Source: a virus. Taken from it: DNA of 64,000 nt. Each line of letters opens with the position of its first letter. Positions within the stretch are counted from its first letter, which is position 1. The stretch spans positions 64,001-128,000 of the IMG/VR virus record IMGVR_UViG_3300045988_171772; one strand, 5' to 3'. Positions 1 to 10,352 of the stretch are shown here, piece by piece. The notes under the pieces were generated by a model, which was not told where the DNA came from, did not search any database, and saw only the letters and a list, made by a program, of their open reading frames with translations. A program made the translations under genes and the position numbers.

Positions 1-181
1 CAATATCACCCAGCACCTGAATCATCGTCGTGATGGTTCTGGCTGCATAGGTATACTGTGTAAAGGGCTTCTGAAGCCAGATATCAGTATCTTCCCCGAG
101 AACCGGACAGACTTTCTGCTCAATCCTACGGGTGATCTCCTGCTGCTTCGGGTTGGTCGGATTCATTGGGACTTGTTTCAT
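1..181 (-). CDS. hypothetical protein, N-terminal 60 codons only (gene runs off window start)
   Basis: ATG at 181-179 (minus) lies 9 nt downstream of AAGGAGG (rc of 191-197). Frame is open to position 1: MKQVPMNPTNPKQQEITRRIEQK... Confidence 0.5.
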   Translation of the reverse strand, partial: MKQVPMNPTNPKQQEITRRIEQKVCPVLGEDTDIWLQKPFTQYTYAARTITTMIQVLGDI

Positions 182-229
182 AACGATTTGCCTCCTTAGC
201 TTTAATCCAAAGATATGATATATGCAGAT

Positions 230-2278
230 TTATAATTTACTGCAATAATCATAAGCATCTTCAATATCACTATAGAGAATGAGAGGGATTCCCATCTCTA
301 CAGCTCTCTTTGCTTTGCTCGTATTCAAATTGGATGCCACCACGAGGGCGGTATTCCGATTCATTGTCTCTGCGACTCGAATTCCAATCTTCTTGAATTT
401 CTCGACCCAGTTCTTGTCACGGAATCCAGAGAATACGATGGTGGCCTTATACTGAACCTCGCCGACGAGATTCATCATACGAGCCAGTGTTTGGATCTCG
501 ACTCGATGCTCTGCGACAAAGTTGATGATGGTCGTTGCACGACTTTCACCAATCCCAGAAATCATAAAGAGTCGATCTCTCATCTCATGTTTTTCGAATA
601 GATTCTTCGGTGTGATCATTCTGGACTCATTGATCAATTGATCAAAGGGAATCTCCTGGAAGATCAATTGGGATATCTTTTCAGACACACCAGGGCATCC
701 GATCGCTCCAAAGAATTCCGAAATATTGATCGGTCTTTCTCTAAGCTTCTTAATCTCATTCAGGATGTTACTTGCCTTGGTGGGTCCAATCCCTTCAATG
801 TCATCGAAGTCATCCATACGGAGTGCCAGAACATCCGGAAGTTCTCTGATAATCTTCTTGTCATAGAGAAGCTCAATGGTGGAGTCACTGACATCTTCCA
901 CTCCCAGCTTCTGCAGGAAGTTTGTAATTCTTCCTGTTTTGATTCGCACACATTGGGAGTTTGTGCAGTGTGCATTCTCCAAGGGTTGCCCACAATACGG
1001 ACAAATCTCAGGAATCTGCAGATAAGGAGATCCCATATTATACTTGGGTGGGTCACACTGCTTCATCTGAGGAATGACATCTCCAGCCGAATAGATGATG
1101 ACTTCTTCCCCTTCATGAAGACCCATCTGATAGAATTTACCAAAAGACCCAAGGGACACATCGGTCACCACAGTCTCATTCACATCACATGGTTCCACTT
1201 CAATCATGGGGACGGCATATCCGGTTCTGCCCATACTGACATATCCACGAATGATATGGGTATATGCCTTGGCAGTATTGACCTTGAATGCCATAGAGTT
1301 TTCCATGACATCATTGGTATTCATATCCGTAATCATCGGATAGAGGACTACACCATCGGCCCGGAATTCATAATCAGGAGATTTCACCTTCCTCAGCACA
1401 TCTTGTGCTATACTAATCAGTTCCTGAGCCGATGACGATTTGAGTCGTACAGAGTCCTGAGGATTATAGTCAATTCCATCCTCTCCATACCAGAGAAGAG
1501 GAACTGCCTCGATATGACAGGCATTCTGGATATTCTTGGGGCTATTGACAATCGCAGAAGTTGCAGATCTCCGATTGGCATACCCTTGCTCCTTCAGAGG
1601 AGGAAACTCTCTGCTGGGTACACAGAGTTCCACCTTCAGGAATCCTGTCTCATGACCTCTCCAATAGAGAATCTGATCCAGATTACAGCACCGCAATACC
1701 ACTTCGGTGATATCCTGACCCATTTCTCTATCTCCTCTGGTAATCGCCTGGATCAGCCTGTGATCTTTAATCTCCAGATTCGCAGAGATACCATCAAACT
1801 TCGGAGCCACCACCCATTCCACAATCGGATGCTTGGTGGTAGACCCATGCTGATAGTTGATGTTATTGATGAAGGCCTCCAACTCTTTCAGAGTATACAC
1901 CTTCTGGACAGTGCCAACCATCCAAGGTGCATTGTGATGGACCATCTTCCATTCAGATCCAAAGATATCTGCATAGACCAATGGCTTATGTCCATGGACT
2001 TGCCAGAGTCTATGGATCATATCATAATCATGGTCACTGATAAAGACAGATCCATCCTCACTATAGGTATACTGATCCAAGGTGATCATTATGAGCGCTT
2101 TCAAACCATCATCGGTGGGATCGTATTCACCATTCACGATGATGGTCGCATAGGTCTGGATATCATTGATCCATTTCTCTTTGATATCATCCAGTGTAAT
2201 CGAACGATTGAGAAGCTTCGAATATAATTGGATGACCCTCTGCTCGATATTGACATAATTCAAAAGTTTATCTTTCAT
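230..2278 (-). CDS. ligA: NAD+-dependent DNA ligase
   Basis: 682-aa ORF with K-x-D-G adenylation motif (APKFDGISANLE), Cys4 zinc finger (CPYCGQPLENAHCTNSQC), HhH (GIGPTKASNIL) and a BRCT-like C-terminus (IVFSGFRDK...ALVVA). AAGGAGG SD upstream. Confidence 0.9.
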   Translation of the reverse strand: MKDKLLNYVNIEQRVIQLYSKLLNRSITLDDIKEKWINDIQTYATIIVNGEYDPTDDGLKALIMITLDQYTYSEDGSVFISDHDYDMIHRLWQVHGHKPLVYADIFGSEWKMVHHNAPWMVGTVQKVYTLKELEAFINNINYQHGSTTKHPIVEWVVAPKFDGISANLEIKDHRLIQAITRGDREMGQDITEVVLRCCNLDQILYWRGHETGFLKVELCVPSREFPPLKEQGYANRRSATSAIVNSPKNIQNACHIEAVPLLWYGEDGIDYNPQDSVRLKSSSAQELISIAQDVLRKVKSPDYEFRADGVVLYPMITDMNTNDVMENSMAFKVNTAKAYTHIIRGYVSMGRTGYAVPMIEVEPCDVNETVVTDVSLGSFGKFYQMGLHEGEEVIIYSAGDVIPQMKQCDPPKYNMGSPYLQIPEICPYCGQPLENAHCTNSQCVRIKTGRITNFLQKLGVEDVSDSTIELLYDKKIIRELPDVLALRMDDFDDIEGIGPTKASNILNEIKKLRERPINISEFFGAIGCPGVSEKISQLIFQEIPFDQLINESRMITPKNLFEKHEMRDRLFMISGIGESRATTIINFVAEHRVEIQTLARMMNLVGEVQYKATIVFSGFRDKNWVEKFKKIGIRVAETMNRNTALVVASNLNTSKAKRAVEMGIPLILYSDIEDAYDYCSKL

Positions 2279-2396
2279 AGGAATTCCTCCTTATTTATTT
2301 TTCTTCATCATAATAATGATATACAGTAATTTTTACTTTTTATAAGTATAGCAAATATACCATGCATATCCCTATATATTATCTATATAGAAAGGA

Positions 2397-2708
2397 TTGG
2401 TGATTATAGTGAAAAATATCAATTATCATTTTAATCTCAGATTTCCTTCTGACTTTTATGATCAGGAAGTGAAATCTGAGATTATCGGTTTTATCAGAGG
2501 TTTCTATTATGGGAGATCCTCATGTGGCAAGGATGCGTGTAGCGAGGAGGAATTGATCTCTTATCTGAATGAGATTGTCCTTTTCGAAGTATATAACATC
2601 CAATTCGTGAAATTTAACCAGGAAAGAGAGGAAGGAGAAAAGGAGATTGAGCTGACTGTAAATATCGACATAGATGTGACGGATAAAAGCCCGTATCCTT
2701 CTATGTGA
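2397..2708 (+). CDS. hypothetical protein
   Basis: 103-aa ORF downstream of a CTATATATTAT motif. Start is ambiguous (TTG 2397, GTG 2400 or GTG 2409) relative to AAAGGA at 2391-2396. Confidence 0.45.
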   Translation: MVIIVKNINYHFNLRFPSDFYDQEVKSEIIGFIRGFYYGRSSCGKDACSEEELISYLNEIVLFEVYNIQFVKFNQEREEGEKEIELTVNIDIDVTDKSPYPSM

Positions 2709-2829
2709 AAAAATCGAAAAGTCATCCATAAAAAGGTATATATTATATTAGTAAGATAAAGGAAAGAAAGGATTCCTTTTATCTATTTTAGGAAGCAGAA
2801 ATTTTGTATGATCTGAAAGGAGATCAACT

Positions 2830-3183
2830 ATGAAAACTCTTATCTCTATCATCGAAGTCAATTACGACGAAGTCGTTGTCACCAAGCTCGGGAATCGTCA
2901 GTATCTCTGCGAAAGCATTGCAGAGGACCTCGAGAATCTCGGTATCCACAACAGCACTTTCTCCTACTGCAAGAGAGTCAAAGCTGATGGTTCTCAGGAC
3001 TTCGTATCCCGCAATCCTGTTTGCTCTACTAAGCGTGGGGTTTTGAGCGGTTTCAACGAAGGTGACCATTTCAAGCAGCATGGAACCTGCACCATCGAAA
3101 TCTACGAGAACTTCGGCATCACCCAGTCTCTGTTTGGCAAGTATTCCTTTAAGCTTGCCAGCATCAACATTCCCAAACAGTAA
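2830..3183 (+). CDS. hypothetical protein (GC-rich codon usage)
   Basis: 117-aa ORF. SD GAAAGGAGA lies 7 nt before the ATG. About 53% GC against about 42% background. Confidence 0.7.
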   Translation: MKTLISIIEVNYDEVVVTKLGNRQYLCESIAEDLENLGIHNSTFSYCKRVKADGSQDFVSRNPVCSTKRGVLSGFNEGDHFKQHGTCTIEIYENFGITQSLFGKYSFKLASINIPKQ

Positions 3184-3243
3184 TCCATCAGTCTATCCGT
3201 ATATCAACTTCATAAAATCTATTATTTAAAAGGAGATATCATC

Positions 3244-3576
3244 ATGAAAAACCTGAAAAACATCATCACTGAAAACAAACCTCTCATCGGTACCGTATAT
3301 GCTGTATCTTGCTGGTACGGATTCTGCTACCTGGCCGGCAAAGGAACCTCTGCTCTGATTAAAGAGCATTTCGACAAGCATCCCACTTCCAAGGGCAAGG
3401 TAGTCGTTGCATCCGCAGCGGCAACCGTGGGTGTCATGTGCCTTGCCAATTTCATTGGCGATCTGGTCGGTGAAAGCATCGGCCGGAATTTCTTCAAGGA
3501 ACCTAAGAAGCTCGAGGTCATCAAGAATGACCCCGAAGAGGATCTGGGTGATATGGACGACTCCGAAGTCGTCTAA
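3244..3576 (+). CDS. small membrane protein
   Basis: 110-aa ORF with SD AAAGGAGA. Two hydrophobic segments (IGTVYAVSCWYGFCYLAG; VVVASAAATVGVMCLANFIG) and an acidic tail. Confidence 0.7.
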   Translation: MKNLKNIITENKPLIGTVYAVSCWYGFCYLAGKGTSALIKEHFDKHPTSKGKVVVASAAATVGVMCLANFIGDLVGESIGRNFFKEPKKLEVIKNDPEEDLGDMDDSEVV

Positions 3577-3589
3577 AGACATCAAAAAA

Positions 3590-3627
3590 GAAAGGACTTA
3601 GCAGCCAGCTAGGTATCCTTTCTTTTT
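3590..3627. terminator. bidirectional intrinsic terminator
   Basis: GAAAGGA (3590-3596) pairs with TCCTTTC (3616-3622). A-run before and T-run after, between convergent genes. Confidence 0.6.
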
Positions 3628-3685
3628 GCAAATTTTATGGGTACCTAAGTGGATATACAAGATTCCTCTTAGGTACCCATATTTT

Positions 3686-4105
3686 TTATTCAAATCCAGC
3701 AAAGCCGGTATTCATGAGCTGATCTCTATCAGCCTTTCCTCTGGCCATAACCAAATACTTTCGTTTGGTCTTCTTCTGTGTCAATGTGCGAATAACCTCA
3801 AATCCGAGTCCTTTATAGAGACCGATAGCAGGAGCATTGATAGACATGACAGTCAGATACTGACCATAAGTCGGATGCTTCTTTTCACAGTCTTTCAAGA
3901 CTCTCTTCAGAAGCATCTTGGCATATCCTTGTCTCTGATACTTCGGCATGGTATCCACATCATCAAGTAAGATCCAATCGAAGTTTTTGATCTCTGGAAA
4001 GATATTGATCTGAGCATGAGAAGCTTTTTCTCCATTTGCATAGAGAATGTATTCTCCATCTTTCTCAGTAATCTTAACACTATTCATGGTTCCATCATTC
4101 CACAA
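3686..4105 (-). CDS. GNAT-family N-acetyltransferase
   Basis: 139 aa. Acetyl-CoA motif A (Q-x-x-G-x-A) in YQRQGYAKMLLKRVL, followed by AIGLYKGLGFE. Paralogous by eye to 20787-21224. Confidence 0.7.
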   Translation of the reverse strand: MWNDGTMNSVKITEKDGEYILYANGEKASHAQINIFPEIKNFDWILLDDVDTMPKYQRQGYAKMLLKRVLKDCEKKHPTYGQYLTVMSINAPAIGLYKGLGFEVIRTLTQKKTKRKYLVMARGKADRDQLMNTGFAGFE

Positions 4106-5069
4106 TCTTAGAGAATGCCTTCATCACGGTGGTGTAGTTTCTCGGATTCACCATGACATCTTCAAAGATTCTACGATTGAATCCGCGATTTGCATTATTC
4201 ACACTGATGTAGACATACATGAAGTAGGGGAAAGCTGCCAGAGCAAAGATGGAATTCATCCCATAGATTCTGGTAAAGACTTTCAGATAGGAAGCTGCAT
4301 TCAGATCTCCCATCGTTCTTCCAGATCCAATCCCGGAGATTTCCTGATTGAAGAGAGTATTGCAGAAGTCTTCAAAGCTCTTATAGGGATTCAGACCTCT
4401 GGTGACAATCGCTTCTTCCATCTGTCTCACATAGATGGACTTACCATCTTTAGACATCTCGGTGACAAAGATATCAGCTCTCTTCTCCTCGATATCCAGA
4501 AGATAGATCATGAAGAACTTCATGGCGAAATACATGAAGGCATTGTAACGATCCGGATTAGTATTCAGGCCAATCGCCTGATTCAGAACCTTGGTAAACA
4601 TTCTTGCCCAGGAAATGGCCATGGTCTGGATGATATCCGGAGGAATGATCGAGTTCTTCTTCAAATTCAGAAAGATGTAAGCTGCCACAATGATGGAATT
4701 CAGCTGGCGAATGTCCATACTGTACTGAGTTTCACCAGTCACCTTATTCTGACGAGCAGAGAAAGATGTCATAGAGAGATCACAGATTACAACTTCTTTT
4801 CCATTCTTGATCGTCTTGATAAACGGCATAAAGGGAGGAAGCATCTTAGCAGGATCTCCATAGACCAGGATGATATCTCCATTGGTAAGAGCTTTACATG
4901 CCTTGGTCGTCAGAATATCCCGATACGATCTTTCCATCGCCAAAATATCGGAGGCGAGTTCGGTCGTTACACGAACGCCAGCACCTCCGATCACAGATTT
5001 CAGATGCGCATTGATCTGATAGACAGATTCAAACCTCTGGAAGAGGTCTGTCGTAGCTACACTTTTCAT
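4095..5069 (-). CDS. hypothetical protein
   Basis: 324-aa ORF with GGAGG SD 11 nt upstream. Overlaps the downstream GNAT gene by 11 nt, so they form an operon. Confidence 0.7.
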   Translation of the reverse strand: MKSVATTDLFQRFESVYQINAHLKSVIGGAGVRVTTELASDILAMERSYRDILTTKACKALTNGDIILVYGDPAKMLPPFMPFIKTIKNGKEVVICDLSMTSFSARQNKVTGETQYSMDIRQLNSIIVAAYIFLNLKKNSIIPPDIIQTMAISWARMFTKVLNQAIGLNTNPDRYNAFMYFAMKFFMIYLLDIEEKRADIFVTEMSKDGKSIYVRQMEEAIVTRGLNPYKSFEDFCNTLFNQEISGIGSGRTMGDLNAASYLKVFTRIYGMNSIFALAAFPYFMYVYISVNNANRGFNRRIFEDVMVNPRNYTTVMKAFSKIVE

Positions 5070-5104
5070 GAGGGAATAAACCTCCTCTGTGAAATTCGTT
5101 TACA

Positions 5105-5803
5105 TTATCCCGTTGTTTTTCGGATATTGGGCTCCAGCTTTACATATAGTTTCCAGAATTGAAGTAATTGGGTGAAGATTTCCTCATACTCTAAGATCTC
5201 ATGGTGATTCTTGACTTCTATGGTAGGTTTTGTATCCTCATGGAAATCAACGATCATGTAGTATTTCGGAATATACCCATGAAGCTTGAGTAATTTGGAA
5301 TACCCACCCAATTGAAGAAAGTGCTTGTTATTGGGTTTCTTGGATGTCTTCCAATCTACGAGAGTATCTCGAAAGAGTCTAACTCCTTCATACCCTCTGG
5401 GAGAATCTTTGAGTTTGATATCTCCATAGTAGTCTGGACATCCTGCAAAACCTTCTTCTGGAGATAGAAATACTTTCTCCATAAAGATAGGTTGAAAAGA
5501 AGTCTTGTCATAGAATTCCCGTATGGTATTTTCATACCCAGTTACTTCTTTGAAGAGATTTGGTGTTAGATTATATCCGTTGATAGGATTCTTATCCGGA
5601 TTAATCAGATGCGCAATGATCTCATGACAGATAGTACCACGAAGTGCTACATCATCCATATACTGATTATAGCTGATATGACGAAATCCAAGACCATTTG
5701 CCCATCTCATAAGAATGGGACTTCCCAATACAGAGAGTATCTCTGTAACACTGGGGAGTATCGTCCCATCCTCTAACTTATATATCTCATGCGGCATATA
5801 CAA
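5105..5803 (-). CDS. PD-(D/E)XK (RecB/Cas4-like) nuclease
   Basis: 232 aa. Motifs GTICHEII, GCPDYYGDI, LVDWKTSKK (D/E-x-K) and QLGGYSKLL (Q..Y). The alternative start ATG 5797 is also possible. Confidence 0.55.
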   Translation of the reverse strand: MYMPHEIYKLEDGTILPSVTEILSVLGSPILMRWANGLGFRHISYNQYMDDVALRGTICHEIIAHLINPDKNPINGYNLTPNLFKEVTGYENTIREFYDKTSFQPIFMEKVFLSPEEGFAGCPDYYGDIKLKDSPRGYEGVRLFRDTLVDWKTSKKPNNKHFLQLGGYSKLLKLHGYIPKYYMIVDFHEDTKPTIEVKNHHEILEYEEIFTQLLQFWKLYVKLEPNIRKTTG

Positions 5804-5887
5804 ATATTCTCCTTTTGCATATATTAATTCTATGATGAAGTAATTATATATTAAGATTCAAATTTATACAGTGAGGTGCTTTGAATC

Positions 5888-7582
5888 ATGGAAAAGAAAT
5901 TAAAAACTTTCGTCTACGATGGTGTCATCTGGACGAAAGATAAAGAAGACAATAGTCATTTTAGATTCCGGGGTTATATTCCTAGTCATGGATACATTGG
6001 GAATCATGAATTCGTTAGTGATACTCTCAACTATGTCGACAAACTCACCAAGTCGGATGCTTTCAAAGCTTGGATGGGATGCACCGTACATGGATTTGTC
6101 CAGAATCTGACTCCTATCGTCATGATGGATCAATCTGAGAAAGATTCAGATGGAAATTACACTCTTCATTCTGTATCTTTCTTAGGTGCAGTGGCTCCTC
6201 ATGATGGAGACTATACTGTGGTCGATATTCCTACTAGAAAATTGGGAAATCAGATAGTATACTATTTCGATTTTCCCAAATCTTCTACTCCCATTGTGGA
6301 ATTGAAGGATATGCTTGGGAATTCCTGTGGCATTGATATCACAGGAGGCCATGCTAAAATTATAAAATCTGATAGAGTTCCTCTCTTCAATATCATTGAA
6401 GGGAATATCAAGATCACTTCTGCTTCTGTTGGTGTCTTCTATATCTCCCCTATGGATATCGTCATTAAGCATATTGGAAAGATCATCATCAAATTTCTTT
6501 CTAAGCAGATTGAAGGTCTGATTCCTCATCTGGACTATCCCTCTGGTAAGATGGAAGCTGATATGTGGAATAAGGAATTCTACTTTGAAGATGATCCTGT
6601 TCCTGATGTAACGGATGCGGATGATGCTCTCGAAGCCATCAGTAAGATGTTTTCCCTGTTTAACGAAAAGAAAGAGATCCAGATCAATTTTAGATTTGTG
6701 AGATCAATCACGATGGATGGATATTACATTCATCCTTATAAGGTCATTGGCAGTGATGGAAATCCCAATGTAGGATCTCTGAATGTAACCACCAGATCCA
6801 AGAATCGGTATTCTCTTTCTCCTCTGAATTGGGTGTATCCCCCCGAGGCAGATCTTGATCTTCGGGATATGTATTATTGGAATATCGCGTCTCGATTCAC
6901 CAACATGGATACCCGGGTATATGAGAATGAATTCAAGATTCCCTATGTCATTATCGAAAGAGAGAATTTCGATCCTCCTGCAGAAATGACATCTGCCACT
7001 ACCTTCACTCCGATTCACTTTGCTGAGGATACTCCTTCTATCATCTATTATACCGGATCCAAGCACAAGGCTACTAAATTGGATGCGAGACGAGATGATA
7101 AGATTGGAGACATCTATATTCCTATCAAGAAGAAATTCTTTGGTTGGTATAAGGAGCTTCTCCCTTATCAACTCAATGGCAATGTCTTCGAATTGAAGGA
7201 TCCCTTTACAAGAAAATGGCATGATCATTTCGATTCTATTGTGGATATCCATATTCCCAAGAGTCTCAATGATGAAGAACTCCGTTTCTATATCCAGAAT
7301 ATCGAGAATTACATGAATGAGAGACTTCAAGCAGATTCAAATCTGGACTATCTCATCGTCCAAGGTTATGATCTCCTTCGTCTCCCTCTGGATTCTTCTT
7401 ATGAAGATACCAAGAATCCCAAAATCGATTGCATGGTTGATATGGTTCGTTCCGGAGAACTCAGTCGCTATACAATTTTCTGGGGACACGTAAATACCTC
7501 TCCTGAGCAGCATATGGATAGAAAACAAAACCATAATCATCCTACACTGCTCAATGGAAGGTATGTGGTATGGATTTTCTAA
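5888..7582 (+). CDS. hypothetical protein
   Basis: 564-aa ORF with SD GAGGTG 9 nt upstream. No recognisable motif. Confidence 0.75.
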   Translation: MEKKLKTFVYDGVIWTKDKEDNSHFRFRGYIPSHGYIGNHEFVSDTLNYVDKLTKSDAFKAWMGCTVHGFVQNLTPIVMMDQSEKDSDGNYTLHSVSFLGAVAPHDGDYTVVDIPTRKLGNQIVYYFDFPKSSTPIVELKDMLGNSCGIDITGGHAKIIKSDRVPLFNIIEGNIKITSASVGVFYISPMDIVIKHIGKIIIKFLSKQIEGLIPHLDYPSGKMEADMWNKEFYFEDDPVPDVTDADDALEAISKMFSLFNEKKEIQINFRFVRSITMDGYYIHPYKVIGSDGNPNVGSLNVTTRSKNRYSLSPLNWVYPPEADLDLRDMYYWNIASRFTNMDTRVYENEFKIPYVIIERENFDPPAEMTSATTFTPIHFAEDTPSIIYYTGSKHKATKLDARRDDKIGDIYIPIKKKFFGWYKELLPYQLNGNVFELKDPFTRKWHDHFDSIVDIHIPKSLNDEELRFYIQNIENYMNERLQADSNLDYLIVQGYDLLRLPLDSSYEDTKNPKIDCMVDMVRSGELSRYTIFWGHVNTSPEQHMDRKQNHNHPTLLNGRYVVWIF

Positions 7583-7986
7583 GAGTCGGAAATTACAAAA
7601 TCGTCTTTCTTAACGATTCTTCGTTTCTGATTCTCATTATTGTGATGCTGATTCTCTTCTTGAGTATGACATTGACTATGTATTTTACCAATAGGAAATT
7701 CAGCATCCAAGAAATGATTTCCTATGTCTATGTGACACATTACGAAGTCCCTCGATTTCGTAAATGCGGAATTATCCACTGCGTCACCCAACATGGACAG
7801 AAGATCCGTTTGCTAGATCCTGAGTTTGCATTTCAATCATACGTCTCTAAGCTAACCCCTAGAGAATGCACCACCATTCGATTCAGAATTGAATTCAAAT
7901 GGAGATTCATTCTTCTGGTAGACATTGTCGTATCTGGAATGCAAACTCCTTCTTTAGGTCTTAAGAGAGTTAGACATGGAATCTGA
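7570..7986 (+). CDS. possible small membrane protein
   Basis: 138-aa ORF overlapping the previous stop by 13 nt. One hydrophobic stretch (FLILIIVMLILFLSMTL). No clear SD. Confidence 0.3.
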   Translation: MDFLRVGNYKIVFLNDSSFLILIIVMLILFLSMTLTMYFTNRKFSIQEMISYVYVTHYEVPRFRKCGIIHCVTQHGQKIRLLDPEFAFQSYVSKLTPRECTTIRFRIEFKWRFILLVDIVVSGMQTPSLGLKRVRHGI

Positions 7987-8063
7987 ATGGGAATCGCTGA
8001 TTTGATCTTTGCAATCCTATACAGGATTTGTAATTTGAAATCGGAAGGAGAGTCAATGACGAA

Positions 8064-8606
8064 ATGTATATCGATTTTAACACGATTATCACCACGATTG
8101 TCACAACGATTTGCACTGCTTTAGTCGCTTGGCTCATTGCTCAGTTGACATCCTATCTCAAGGCTAAGTCTGAGAAGGAAAAGGCAGAGAAAAAGCTGAA
8201 GATGATCGATCACTACACCAAAATTTCCAATGACACAATCACCCAGTTGGTTGACTATCTGAATAATACAGTGGTCAACGAACTCAAGACTGCTTCAGAG
8301 GATGGACAGCTCACTGAAGAGGAAGCCGTCCAAGTCAAGACTGCCTGTAAGTGTAAGCTCTATGGGGTTCTGAGTGATGATGCTCTCGAAGCCATGAAGA
8401 ATACCTATGGAGATCTCAATTCAATCTTTGATGTCTGGATTGAAAATGCGGTTGCTTCTGCTAAGACCAATGGTACTGGTATCGATAAGACTACCGCCAT
8501 GGGTATTGCGAAGCAGAATAGCATCACTCATGATCAACGTATAGAAATCAAGAATCGTCTCTCTGATCGTCTTGAACTGATTGCGGATAATACGTCAACA
8601 TCCTGA
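8064..8606 (+). CDS. N-terminally membrane-anchored protein, holin-like (LL-H/holin-6-like by recollection)
   Basis: 180 aa. One N-terminal TM (IITTIVTTICTALVAWLIAQL), then a helical region with DGQLTEEEA, as I remember for LL-H-type holins. SD GGAAGGAGAG. Confidence 0.45.
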   Translation: MYIDFNTIITTIVTTICTALVAWLIAQLTSYLKAKSEKEKAEKKLKMIDHYTKISNDTITQLVDYLNNTVVNELKTASEDGQLTEEEAVQVKTACKCKLYGVLSDDALEAMKNTYGDLNSIFDVWIENAVASAKTNGTGIDKTTAMGIAKQNSITHDQRIEIKNRLSDRLELIADNTSTS

Positions 8607-8617
8607 GGATGATTCTT

Positions 8618-8668
8618 AAGGGTATACGAAAAGGTTTTTCTAAACTGCTTCGTATACCCTTATTTTTG
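8618..8668 (+). terminator. intrinsic terminator
   Basis: 13-bp stem AAGGGTATACGAA (8618-8630) pairs with TTCGTATACCCTT (8649-8661), followed by ATTTTTGG. Confidence 0.8.
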
Positions 8669-8768
8669 GCTCGTTCTAGGAGGCCCAAATAAACAATTGA
8701 GATAAAGCTACGGAAAAATAGCTTGTGCACAGGTTATTTTTTATCCTATCGATAGGAGGTTAATTTCC

Positions 8769-10337
8769 ATGAACGATCATCGCGTTCATCGTGCAGGTGA
8801 TATCGAATTTGGTATCACCGAAGCGATTAGCCTTGCAACAGTGAAGAGCGGCATCTCCTTTGCTGGAGGGGCTGCTCGTTCAACCGCAAAGGTAATCAAA
8901 TCTCTGACTCCGAATAAAGGAAGCATTGCTAAAATGGCACGCGATTACGTGATGCAATTTCCCGTACTCGCGTCTTCTTCTATTCCGGAGGAAGATCTGG
9001 CCCCGATCGTGAAAAACTTTGAGATCCAGTATGCACAGTTCATCGCTATGGTGCTTCAGGGTAGAGCTGGTATCAATGTCAAGGACATCGATTCTACTGC
9101 CGACATTCTGAAGCAGCTGCATAGCAATGAAGATGCTCCCAATCTTCTGGATTATGCCATGGATATTACCGGTGGCAGAAATTCCAGCGTTAAGGGTGTT
9201 GGAGAATCCGTGCAGATTGGTATCCCCGAATCTGAGCTGCAGGCTCTCGCTTTTGGTACCGATGCTGAATTCACGATGGAGAATCTGAATTCTATGTATC
9301 AACCCAATAAATCCATGCTGGATAAGTATGAGAGAGTCACTGCCGCTATGGAATCTGGTAAACCCTCTCCTGATGCTGCGAAGACTGGTTCTACGCGGTA
9401 TGGAAATGGTTATACTCGTCCTACCGACACTCCCAGTCCTTCTCAGATGACGGATGATGATCTCTCTCGTTTCACTGATGAAGCTCGATATAAGAATATC
9501 AAGAATCAGAATCTGAAACTGGATGAGGATATCGAACGTCTGAAGTATGAGAATCGGAAAGAGAGTCGTGCTCGTCGTGAGAAAGCCGATGATCTGAAGA
9601 TTGCGAATACTGAGAAGCAGAATCGGAAATTGGATATGGATTATGCTTCCAGCAAGCAGACTTCTGTCAGTGCTTCTGATCTGAATAAGATCCAGAATAC
9701 TGGCGATGCTCCCACTGTGCTTACTGCTACTCTGTATCTGGAATCTGAAGCTGGTGTTCCTGAGCCTCGTACTGTCGTCTTTGGCGTCAAGTGCATGACT
9801 CGTGCGATTCCTTCTTCGGTCATGGTTCCGAATGTGACTGATTGTATTGCTTCGAATACCTGGGCATTCCGTTTTGTCAAATGGACCAAGGGAGAGATCA
9901 AATTCTTCCGTGATATCCTCTTTGATATTACCAATGCTCGGAATGAAGCGATCAATGACAAAGATCCTGCTGGTGCCTGGTTCAATTCTGTGAAGCGTCG
10001 TAAGCGTAACTCGAAGTGGTTTGGTTCCAAGACCAACATCTCTCCGGTTATGACTCTGATCATCACAGATGAAGAAGCCGAAGCTATCAAGGCTCAGACT
10101 GGTATCGATCTGACAGATGATCGGTCTGCTGCTAAGCTGATGAAAGATATGTATCTGCTTGGCTTTGCGATCTATCACACTGCCAATGGTAATATCGATA
10201 TCATGCTGGATAAGTATAGCAATAGTCAGTTCTACAATACGACCATGACCGGCATCCGTGCCTCCAACAAGGGCAATTCCAACACCGATCTGCGGGAGAT
10301 CAACAAGCTTCTGCAGAATGGCGGGTATATTCGCTAA
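8769..10337 (+). CDS. hypothetical protein with central charged coiled-coil region
   Basis: 522-aa ORF with SD TAGGAGG. Charged stretch KNQNLKLDEDIERLKYENRKESRARREKADDLK. Confidence 0.8.
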   Translation: MNDHRVHRAGDIEFGITEAISLATVKSGISFAGGAARSTAKVIKSLTPNKGSIAKMARDYVMQFPVLASSSIPEEDLAPIVKNFEIQYAQFIAMVLQGRAGINVKDIDSTADILKQLHSNEDAPNLLDYAMDITGGRNSSVKGVGESVQIGIPESELQALAFGTDAEFTMENLNSMYQPNKSMLDKYERVTAAMESGKPSPDAAKTGSTRYGNGYTRPTDTPSPSQMTDDDLSRFTDEARYKNIKNQNLKLDEDIERLKYENRKESRARREKADDLKIANTEKQNRKLDMDYASSKQTSVSASDLNKIQNTGDAPTVLTATLYLESEAGVPEPRTVVFGVKCMTRAIPSSVMVPNVTDCIASNTWAFRFVKWTKGEIKFFRDILFDITNARNEAINDKDPAGAWFNSVKRRKRNSKWFGSKTNISPVMTLIITDEEAEAIKAQTGIDLTDDRSAAKLMKDMYLLGFAIYHTANGNIDIMLDKYSNSQFYNTTMTGIRASNKGNSNTDLREINKLLQNGGYIR

Positions 10338-10352
10338 GGAGGTATAAACCAC

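Noticed and set aside
638-2227. Plus-strand ORFs 638-1435 and 1514-2227
   Set aside because: They are antisense to the ligase gene, whose motifs are unambiguous.
8880-10352. 490-aa minus-strand ORF
   Set aside because: It is an antisense shadow of 8769-10337. It has no SD and Ile/Ser/Arg-rich nonsense composition. The sense ORF has a perfect TAGGAGG SD.
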